This document shows, one piece after another, positions 1 to 7,023 of a stretch of 32,000 bases of DNA. The stretch is taken from assembly GCF_003231495.1 (NCBI RefSeq), contig NZ_PQWO01000010.1, positions 150,001 to 182,000 on the forward strand, given 5' to 3'. This DNA is from Acaryochloris thomasi RCC1774 (GTDB lineage Bacteria; Cyanobacteriota; Cyanobacteriia; Thermosynechococcales; Thermosynechococcaceae). Under the pieces are notes generated by a model. The model saw nothing but the letters and a program-made list of their open reading frames with translations. It did not search any database and was not told the origin of the DNA. How positions within the stretch are numbered: position 1 is the first letter of the stretch; each line of letters opens with the position of its first letter. The position numbers and the translations under genes were made by a program.

Positions 1-1242
1 CTCCCTAAGAGTTTTCCTCAAGACTGGCTGAAAAATGCCCGTGGCCTTCTTTCGCCACTTCAGCAGGCTCAAGAGTTAGTCAGCCGCTGGTTTAGCGTTA
101 GCGATCAAGATATGGCGGCGATTCTAGAGCAGATTCGAGCTGAGCTACCGACAACAGAAGTCTTGATGATCGGCAAGCCTCAGACTGGTAAAAGCTCTAT
201 TGTGCGCGGATTAACGGGGGTCAGCGCCGAAATTGTTGGCCAAGGATTCCGGCCCCACACGCAGCATACACAGAACTACGCCTACCCCACAGAAGATTTA
301 CCACTGCTGATTTTTACAGACACCATCGGCTTAGGGGAAGGTGGCAACGAAGCCGATGAACTGGCAGACGAACTAAACAAAGTCCTTCCCAAGGATGTCG
401 GGCAGGCATCACGGGTGATTATCCTAACGGTGAAGGCCACAGATTTTGCCACGGATTTTTTGCAGCAGCTTATGATGCGGATCCGCGGTGCTCACCCCGA
501 GATTCCTTGCTTGCTGGCGATCACCTGTTTGCACGATCTGTATCCCACAGACCACCATCCGGCTTATCCACCGACCTATCCTGAGCTGCAGCGAGCTGTA
601 ACAGCACTAAAAGAGCAGTTTTCTGAGATTTGCGATCGCACCACCTTAATCGACTTCACGCTAGAAGAAGACGGGTTTACTCCGGTTTTCTACGGCCTCG
701 ACGCCTTCGCCAACGAACTAGCCGAACTGCTCCCCGCCGCTGAATCTCAAATGATTCATCAACTGCTAGAGCAAACGGAGGGCGGAGATGAAATTGGGCA
801 GCTGTATAGAGACGCGGGCCGCCGGTACATTTTGCCGTTCTCAATGATGGCGGCAACACTAGCGGCTGTCCCTTTGCCCTTAGCCACGATGCCGGTGCTG
901 ACAGGGCTACAGGTCACCCTCGTCAGCCTGCTAGGCCAGCTTTACGGTCAGCGACTGTCTTTTTCTCAGGCAGGGGGCGTTGCCAGCGCCATTGCCGGTG
1001 GCTTTTTGGCACAGCTCATTGGCCGGGAACTGATTAAATTCATCCCAGGTATTGGCAGCGTTGTGGCTGCCTCTTGGGCTGCTGCCTACACTTGGGCCTT
1101 AGGCGAAGGAGCCTGCGTTTATTTTGGTGACTTAATGGGCGGCAAAACACCCGACCCGCAAAAAATCAAACAGACCATGAAAAAATCCTTTCAAGAAGCT
1201 CAAAAGCGTTTTCGTGATTCAGTGCGGTCTCAGAAGTCGTAA
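1..1242 (+). CDS. Membrane-associated GTPase with a DUF697-like C-terminal hydrophobic domain (possibly 5'-truncated by the window edge)
   Basis: The ORF track gives 112..1242 (376 aa), but the frame stays open back to nt 1, so the true start may lie upstream of the window. It has a P-loop GKPQTGKSS and a G3 motif DTIGLG. The C-terminal half is Gly/Ala-rich and hydrophobic (PLPLATMPVLTGLQVTLVSLLG ... IPGIGSVVAASWAAAYTWALG), resembling YcjF/DUF697-type domains. Confidence 0.75.
   Translation, partial: LPKSFPQDWLKNARGLLSPLQQAQELVSRWFSVSDQDMAAILEQIRAELPTTEVLMIGKPQTGKSSIVRGLTGVSAEIVGQGFRPHTQHTQNYAYPTEDLPLLIFTDTIGLGEGGNEADELADELNKVLPKDVGQASRVIILTVKATDFATDFLQQLMMRIRGAHPEIPCLLAITCLHDLYPTDHHPAYPPTYPELQRAVTALKEQFSEICDRTTLIDFTLEEDGFTPVFYGLDAFANELAELLPAAESQMIHQLLEQTEGGDEIGQLYRDAGRRYILPFSMMAATLAAVPLPLATMPVLTGLQVTLVSLLGQLYGQRLSFSQAGGVASAIAGGFLAQLIGRELIKFIPGIGSVVAASWAAAYTWALGEGACVYFGDLMGGKTPDPQKIKQTMKKSFQEAQKRFRDSVRSQKS
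632..639. repeat. HIP1 octamer GCGATCGC
   Basis: Exact match read from the sequence. Confidence 0.95.
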
Positions 1243-1289
1243 TACACAGGAGCCGCCCCCCTGACTCTAAAAGCTCATCACTGTAATGG

Positions 1290-2637
1290 ATGATCGTTAT
1301 GACTGCTCCAGCTATTCCCAATGCGTCAGACGCCCCCCGTTGGCTACAAACGCTTCAATATACCTTCAACCCGCTGGAGTCTATGGATCAAGCGGCGGTT
1401 CGCTGCGGAGATCTATTTAATGCACCCGTCATCGGCAAGCACGCTCAGGTTTTATTTGTCAGCCATCCCGAAGCCATTCAAAAATTTTTTCCAGCGACAC
1501 CAAAGAATTAGCCGCGCTCTCTAACCAGCTCCTGCGGCCCATTGTCGGGGACCACTCGGTGTTTGGTTTAACAGGGCATCGCCATCGCCGCGAGCGCAAA
1601 CTGCTGATGCCCCCTTCCACCGAGACCACATTGCGAACGACGGTCATCTGATTACGGACCTAACACTCAAGGCTCTGGCTCCTCTATCGATAGGGGAATC
1701 CTTCATTGCTCGAACGTTAGTGCAAGATATTTCCATTGAGGTGATTCTGCGCGTTGTCTTTGGCCTCAATGAAGGCTAGCGATTCCAGCAATTAAAAGCA
1801 CTACTGGTGGCGTTCTCTGACCGGATCCAAAATCCGCTGTTCATCCCCGCGCTGCAGCAAGACTAGGGTAAATTGACGCCCTGGGGGTACCTGAAATCAC
1901 TGCAGCGACAGATTAGCCAATTGCTCTATGCTGAAATTCAAGATCGCAGAGGCCAGCAAGACGCTTCCCCACAAGATATTTTGAGTCTTTTGATGGCAGC
2001 TCAGGACGAGGAGGGGCGGCCAATGTCAGCCGCAAAACTTCACGATGAACTGCTGACACTTTTGCTAGCAGGGCATGAAGCCACAACAAATGCGATCGCA
2101 TGGGCCTTATACTGGATCCATCGCACCCCAACTGTTTTAGAGAACCTACAGTCGGAGCTGAAGAACGAAGGGGGAAATCTGACGCCAATCGCCCTGACCC
2201 AGCTCCCCTACCTCACTGCTGTCTGTAACGAAACATTACGAATCTCATCAGTAGCCTTTCTCTCCTTTCCCCGAGAGGTTGCGGCACCGATGGCCTTAAT
2301 GGACCACCCCCTTGAACCCGGCACTCGGGTCTATGCCTGCATCGACCTAAAGCACCGTCGCCCCGATCTCTACCCAGAACCCGAGCAGTTTCGACCGGAA
2401 CGATTTCTAGATCGCAAGTATTCTATGTCTGAGTCTTTACCCTTCGGCGGCGGCGTTAGACGCTGTATTGGCGACGTTCTCGCCCAGTTCGAAATGAAGC
2501 TGATTGTGGCCCAAATACTCTCTCACTATTGCTTAACGCTAGCCAATCAAATGCCAGAGACACCCAAACGCCGAGGCGTCAATGTCGCGCCTGCATCGGG
2601 AGTCAAGATGATCGTTCAAAGCCCAGCGGAGAGATGA
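1290..2637 (+). pseudogene. Cytochrome P450 pseudogene (two frameshifts and two in-frame TAG codons)
   Basis: The N-terminal P450-like ORF 1290..1511 is in one frame. The middle is readable only in other frames (KELAALSNQLLRPIVGDHSVFGLTGHRHRRERKLLMPP, then FHRDHIANDGHLITD...). The C-terminal ORF 1873..2637 has the I-helix LLLAGHEATT, ExxR (ETLR) and the heme loop FGGGVRRCIG. A continuous P450 requires 1-nt corrections in the A5T6 tract (1480-1490) and the C5 tract (1610-1614), plus read-through of TAG at 1777-1779 and 1864-1866. Confidence 0.8.
2092..2099. repeat. HIP1 octamer GCGATCGC
   Basis: Exact match read from the sequence. Confidence 0.95.
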
Positions 2638-2657
2638 TGGTGACCGCCGCTCAATAC

Positions 2658-3146
2658 TCAGATGGCAGTTACCTGCAGCACAAGTGCCTTCTTATCAAAG
2701 ACCTGGACTTCGCTAGCCTTACTCAAGTCTTCAATCACCCGATTAAGCAGATCAACAGCGCGATCACGGTGTTGGTGTTCGCGCCCTCGCAGTCGAACCT
2801 GGAATCGAACCGTATCGCCTTTCTCAAGCCACTGCAGCGCTCGGTTAATACGGACGCCGTAGTCGGCTTCTCCCACGTTCGGACGCAGCTTGACTTCTTT
2901 CAGAGAAGGCTTAGCCGCACTTTGCTTTTGCTTCTTCTTCTGCTCATACCGGAACTTACCAAAATCTAAGATCTTGGCAACCGGCGCTTCTTCTCGTTCA
3001 GAGACAACAACCAAATCTAGCTTTGCTTCCTGAGCCAGCTTCAAAGCCGTTGGGGTGTCAGTCAGGCCGTGATTGGTTCCATCTTGATCAATGAGCAGAA
3101 CCTTGGGGGATTCAATTCGGTGGTTAATCTGTGACTTTTTCAGGAT
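2658..3146 (-). CDS. infC: Translation initiation factor IF-3 with a non-canonical start codon
   Basis: ORF 2658..3044 matches the IF-3 linker and C-domain (KILDFGKFRYEQKKKQK, KEVKLRPNVGEADYGVR, LRGREHQHRD). Homology continues upstream in frame (INHRIESPKVLLIDQDGTNHG, the IF-3 N-domain) up to an in-frame TGA at 3156-3158. No ATG, GTG or TTG lies in between. An ATC at 3146-3144 sits 6 nt after GAGGA (3157-3153). The start is tentative: ATC 3146, CTG 3149 or ATT 3128. Confidence 0.85.
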   Translation of the reverse strand: MLKKSQINHRIESPKVLLIDQDGTNHGLTDTPTALKLAQEAKLDLVVVSEREEAPVAKILDFGKFRYEQKKKQKQSAAKPSLKEVKLRPNVGEADYGVRINRALQWLEKGDTVRFQVRLRGREHQHRDRAVDLLNRVIEDLSKASEVQVFDKKALVLQVTAI

Positions 3147-3377
3147 CAGAAGTCCTCACTAAAAATTTATGTTCTTCTATCGTAGTTCAGTGTCCACAAA
3201 ATTTGCTTCAACCAATCGGTAGAGACACCTTAGTTATAGATCAAGTCTCACCCGCATTGCCCCAAAGGATCATATTTCTCAACGACTACCGCTTTATCCT
3301 TTTTGCTACCCTCTGCGGCCCCAACTCAAATCATCTCTGCAAGATTCATGCGAGGTAACACTACAGCATTGATCCGC

Positions 3378-3839
3378 CTATTCTCGAGGCGCAGGAATTG
3401 GGGTACCTTCAGCAGTAGGACTAGGACTCGGCGTTATCTCAGGAGCGGATTGAGGAGATGGCGTAGCGGCAGGCGTGGGCAGCGTCGGCGTAGTGGGAGG
3501 CTGCGGCTTAGGCCTCGGGGCCGTAATCGCTTTGGGACGAGGGCTCGGCGCTGTAATGGGCTTAGGTTGGGGCGGCAGGGGCGGCAGCGTATTAGCTGGC
3601 GGTGGCAGCGGTGGCAGTGACGGTGGCGAGAATCTAGTGGGCGGGGTAGCAGAGTCAGAGGGACGCGGCTGGGGAGAAGAGGCAGTAGGAGTCGGTTGGG
3701 GAGAGGTTTCTGGCGCTTGTGCAGGTACATCTTGGCGGCAGCTACTGCAGGCAAGGCTGCAGAGGATCAGCAGTATACCAATGCGCTGAGAAGAGGGGGA
3801 ACCTTGAACAAGAGCTAACGGAGAAAGAGAAAACTTCAT
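3378..3839 (-). CDS. Proline-rich secreted protein or lipoprotein candidate, unknown function
   Basis: The ORF is 3378..3911, and the best start is the ATG at 3839 (MKFSL...). A hydrophobic, Cys-containing segment IGILLILCSLACSSC is followed by about 110 aa of Pro/Thr/Ser/Ala low complexity (PQPTPT, PPLPPPANTLPPLPPQPKP). It has the same orientation as the flanking scpB and infC. Confidence 0.55.
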   Translation of the reverse strand: MKFSLSPLALVQGSPSSQRIGILLILCSLACSSCRQDVPAQAPETSPQPTPTASSPQPRPSDSATPPTRFSPPSLPPLPPPANTLPPLPPQPKPITAPSPRPKAITAPRPKPQPPTTPTLPTPAATPSPQSAPEITPSPSPTAEGTPIPAPRE

Positions 3840-3947
3840 GAGCTGGGCAACCACAAGACTAGGCTTGAGTAGGATTGGTTGGCAGAATCGACTGGTCGTA
3901 GCAGCCCCCACTTCAGTACCATAGACCGATCCAGGTCTATTGAAACA

Positions 3948-4442
3948 TCAAATTTTGGGCAGCTCATCAACTTCGAAGTACTGATAAAATTTATCGCTGA
4001 CCTGCAGCCGAAAGGAACGGCCATTGGCCTGGCGCCGCTTGTGAACAAATCCCTGTTCAGCTAGCTCCTGGACATGCTGATACACGCCCGATCCGCGCAG
4101 ATCAACAAGGTCTGTTTGTAGAATGGGGCCTTTGAGGGCGATTGCGGCTAAGGTTCGCAGTGCCCCCACTCCAAGATCAGCGGGAATCATAGTCTGCACC
4201 AGGGCATTGAAGCGCTCCCGCAACTGAAGGCTGTAGCCCTGATCGGTTTCTACAATCTCTAGAGCGCTATCTCGCTGGGCATAGTCCTGCATCAGCTCGA
4301 TCAGGGCATCTTCGACGTCGTCGCGTTCTTCCCCTACGTACTCGGTAAGCTTGGCCAGCGTGAGCGCCTGAGACTTGAGGTATAGAACCGCTTCCAGCTT
4401 GGTAGACAACCGTAGGTCGGTGAGGCTATCGACAGAACTCAT
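3948..4442 (-). CDS. scpB: Segregation and condensation protein B (ScpB)
   Basis: The 164-aa product has a ScpB-like winged-helix pattern: KLEAVLYL...LAKL, ALRTLAAIALKGPILQTDLVDLRGSGVYQHVQELAEQGFV, GRSFRLQVSDKFYQYFEV. It starts with ATG. Confidence 0.8.
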   Translation of the reverse strand: MSSVDSLTDLRLSTKLEAVLYLKSQALTLAKLTEYVGEERDDVEDALIELMQDYAQRDSALEIVETDQGYSLQLRERFNALVQTMIPADLGVGALRTLAAIALKGPILQTDLVDLRGSGVYQHVQELAEQGFVHKRRQANGRSFRLQVSDKFYQYFEVDELPKI

Positions 4443-4472
4443 AGGCCAGATGCATAGACGGTTGCGAATATT

Positions 4473-5345
4473 CTAGTCAAGATTGCGACCGGTCAGTTCG
4501 ACAAAAATATCTTCTAGGTTAGTAGGACGGACCATCATGCCCACACGGTCGGCCTGCTGATCGAGGTGGGATTGAGCGGCAGCTAAGGTCGAGAAAAATT
4601 GATAGTCCCACTGCAGTGAACCCTGATTCTGATTGTGTGAGGCCTCAATTTGTTTGACGAGCAAACCCTCACCGTGTTCCTGCCGTAGCTCGGCTAAGGT
4701 ACCGAGGGCAATGAGCTGTCCCTGATCCATAATGCCGATGCGATCGCAAAGGGCTTCCACCTCCTCCATATAGTGCGTGGTTAATAAAATCGTCATACCC
4801 TGCGTATTGAGATCACGAATAATTTCCCACAGCCGTCGCCGCGATTGCGGATCTAGGCCCACCGTTGGCTCGTCCAAAAACAGCATCTGCGGCTCCTGTA
4901 GCAGGGCACGCGCAATCTGTAGCCGCCGCATCATTCCGCCAGACAAACCGCGCACGGCATCCTGCTGACGGTTGAGCAGGCCCACATAGTCAAGATATTT
5001 TTCAATGCGCTGCTTCCGTAGGGGCTGCGGCAGATGGTGCAGCCGACCATGGAACTCCATGTTCTCCCAAACAGAAAGGTCCATATCGACGCTGATTTGC
5101 TGCAGAACCACGCCGATAGAGCGCTTAACTTGACGGGCCTGAGTGACCACATCAAAATCTGCCACTGCAATCTGCCCAGACGTGGGCTTCGTTAGCGTCG
5201 TCAGCATCCGAATCGTCGTGGACTTGCCCGCCCCGTTGGGGCCAAGCAGCCCAAAAATTTCCCCTGCATGAATCTGCAGCGAAAAATCTTTCACCACCGG
5301 AACATCGTTGTAAATTTTAGAAACGCTATCTAGGACAACAGCCAT
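4473..5345 (-). CDS. ABC transporter ATP-binding protein (ABC-2/DrrA-like)
   Basis: It has Walker A GPNGAGKST, the signature LSGGMMRRLQIA, Walker B LFLDEP and an H-loop TTHYM. No permease gene is adjacent. Confidence 0.9.
   Translation of the reverse strand: MAVVLDSVSKIYNDVPVVKDFSLQIHAGEIFGLLGPNGAGKSTTIRMLTTLTKPTSGQIAVADFDVVTQARQVKRSIGVVLQQISVDMDLSVWENMEFHGRLHHLPQPLRKQRIEKYLDYVGLLNRQQDAVRGLSGGMMRRLQIARALLQEPQMLFLDEPTVGLDPQSRRRLWEIIRDLNTQGMTILLTTHYMEEVEALCDRIGIMDQGQLIALGTLAELRQEHGEGLLVKQIEASHNQNQGSLQWDYQFFSTLAAAQSHLDQQADRVGMMVRPTNLEDIFVELTGRNLD
4740..4747. repeat. HIP1 octamer GCGATCGC
   Basis: Exact match read from the sequence. Confidence 0.95.
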
Positions 5346-5559
5346 TGTTATGACTCACAGTGCAGGAAAAGACCATTAATAATTCTATACATTTACGGCG
5401 ACTGGCACGAGCCTGTCTGAATCTTTCGCGTCGTCGGTAGTTGCCCACTTGCTCCCAAAAGACGTGATATCATGAGTGACTGCTGAGCAAGCTCCGCCAA
5501 TTTCATAGAATAGGAGCGTCCCTGTTGCCCAACGGGGTCAACACATTACTGAGGTCAAT

Positions 5560-5763
5560 ATGGCTAAGCGCCGCAACCTAAAGAAAGAAAAAGCCCTTCG
5601 GAACCAAGCCTATGCCCGCAAGTTCCGTAAGCGGAACACCGGTCGTTTTGGCAAGAGATTCTACAACCGTTCCGACAACCAGGAAAATAATTCCGAGAAT
5701 CAAGAGCAAGACGGTGAGAAGCAGCAGTCTAATAATTCAGGGGCTGCCGATAGCCAGAGCTAG
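5560..5763 (+). CDS. Small protein (67 aa) with a basic N-terminus and an acidic/polar tail, unknown function
   Basis: An isolated ORF with an ATG start and GAGG 5 nt upstream. The N-terminal 38 aa are very Lys/Arg-rich (MAKRRNLKKEKALRNQAYARKFRKRNTGRFGKRF). The C-terminal half is Asn/Gln/Glu/Ser-rich. No competing ORF covers most of it. Confidence 0.45.
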   Translation: MAKRRNLKKEKALRNQAYARKFRKRNTGRFGKRFYNRSDNQENNSENQEQDGEKQQSNNSGAADSQS

Positions 5764-6596
5764 GGCATGAGTTGTGTCCAAGCCTGAATGACGGTCTGCA
5801 GAGCTGAGGGTAGTTGCGCAGAGCTAGGTTTTGTATAGCAAACAGTTGTTTTTCTGCTACGGAAGAATGTTTTGCTTGCGTCAGCAGGTTGATCGGTTCC
5901 CAGATAGCAGAGACCATCAAACTGGTGAAATTGCTGCTGCTTGAGTAGGGCTGCAAACATCTTGACCGCTTCTGGCGAGATCTCACCAATGCGCTGATTT
6001 TCGGTCAAGGGTATTTGAGAATCTTTTCTCTGCAGAATGCTGCCATCTTTGAGCAGTAAAGTTTCCCGTTGGGTCTCTAGACTACCGTCGTGGGTGATGG
6101 CGCTGAAGACGACTTTTTTCGGGAAGCGTTCTGGTTTCTGTACGGTATCGATGGGCTGAGACTGGAGCGTAAACAAGCTGTCCAGCCTACTGCCAGCCTG
6201 ATCCCAAGACACTAGCTCTCCAGAATTGTTGGATCGATAGACCCACTGTTGGCGGCGACGGGCAACGGTAACCTGCCAACCCATAACCAGCACCTCTTGG
6301 CAGAACTCTCCCGGTGGCGCGAGACCTAGACAGCCATCAGACCACAGCTTGGGCTTTGTTTGAATGACACGCATTTCTGTGGGGTCTAGGCTCCAGCGTG
6401 CCTCAATATCTTGAAAAACAGCATTAGCCACCGATGTCGGCAGCGATGGCCCGGATAGGTTGGATATCGCCTGGGCAGCGCGGAGAGGCGAAGGCTGATC
6501 ACTGGCCTTTGGCCGTCGCATCTCCCCGTTAGCTTGTGCAGGTAGAGCCACCATAACACCGCAGAGAAGCAGGCTTGAGCAGATTCGGCAGGCCAT
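5760..6596 (-). CDS. Secreted hypothetical protein
   Basis: The ORF is 5760..6617 with a TTG start. I prefer the ATG at 6596 (MACRICSSLLLCGVMVALPAQANG), which looks like a signal peptide. The mature part has paired Cys residues (WSDGCLGLAPPGEFCQEVLV). I recognise no characterised family. Confidence 0.65.
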   Translation of the reverse strand: MACRICSSLLLCGVMVALPAQANGEMRRPKASDQPSPLRAAQAISNLSGPSLPTSVANAVFQDIEARWSLDPTEMRVIQTKPKLWSDGCLGLAPPGEFCQEVLVMGWQVTVARRRQQWVYRSNNSGELVSWDQAGSRLDSLFTLQSQPIDTVQKPERFPKKVVFSAITHDGSLETQRETLLLKDGSILQRKDSQIPLTENQRIGEISPEAVKMFAALLKQQQFHQFDGLCYLGTDQPADASKTFFRSRKTTVCYTKPSSAQLPSALQTVIQAWTQLMP

Positions 6597-6740
6597 AGAG
6601 ATCGTAGGGCAATACAATTAAGTGCAAACAAACTGACGACGACAGAAGTAGCCAGACTCACATTGGAAATGAGGAACGGGCAAAGGCCACGTCTTTAGAG
6701 TTTACTGTAGCCCCTCAGCTCTTGAGCAATTGCGGTCGGG

Positions 6741-6768
6741 CAAATAAAAAGACCCTAGCCCAAGGGCC
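6741..6768 (-). terminator. Candidate intrinsic terminator on the minus strand in an intergenic region
   Basis: The minus strand reads ggccct-tgggct-agggtc, a 6-bp stem (one G-U pair) with a 6-nt loop, followed directly by tttttatttg. No annotated minus-strand gene lies immediately upstream of it. Confidence 0.3.
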
Positions 6769-6803
6769 AGGATCTGAGATGGTGATATCTGCATTTGAGG
6801 ATA

Positions 6804-6820
6804 AGGAGTAAACTCCTATG
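6804..6820 (+). promoter_or_regulatory. Hairpin pairing a Shine-Dalgarno-like AGGAG with CTCCT directly abutting an ATG
   Basis: AGGAG (6804-6808), loop taaa, CTCCT (6813-6817), ATG (6818-6820). This precedes a 21-codon ORF (6818..6883). Confidence 0.25.
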
Positions 6821-7023
6821 AATATTTATCTAGCAGTCGAGACAAAATTATGCAGGATTAGGGGCAATTTTATCTTTATGTAGGCCAGCATCAGCTTCGT
6901 CACCCGCAATTTAAGAAAGAAATTTTGTTCAAAGAAAGGCCATAGTGACTGCACGGCTGAGGTTTGACCGGCCCCAGGATTTTGAGATAGGGTAATAGCA
7001 CTTCAATACGCGCCACTGACGTC

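Noticed and set aside
1321-1647. ORFs 1321..1524 (+) and 1459..1647 (-)
   Set aside because: They are alternative frames across the frameshifted middle of the P450 pseudogene, not independent genes.
2529-2969. Plus-strand ORFs 2529..2969 and 2662..2862
   Set aside because: They are antisense to the clearly homologous infC coding region and overlap the P450 3' end. Their products have no recognisable features.
3303-3789. Plus-strand ORFs 3303..3620 and 3475..3789 and minus-strand ORF 3434..3754 (Arg/Gly-rich or Gly-rich products)
   Set aside because: They are mirror or alternative frames of a GC-rich proline-codon repeat. They have no start context or signal features. The minus-strand Pro-rich frame with a hydrophobic leader is the more plausible gene.
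6618-7023. Possibility of a known structured RNA (6S, RNase P, tmRNA, SRP, riboswitch) in the large intergenic regions (also 19179..19613)
   Set aside because: I could not recognise any of their conserved sequence blocks by eye. Only short local hairpins are present. An Infernal/Rfam scan would be needed to exclude them formally.
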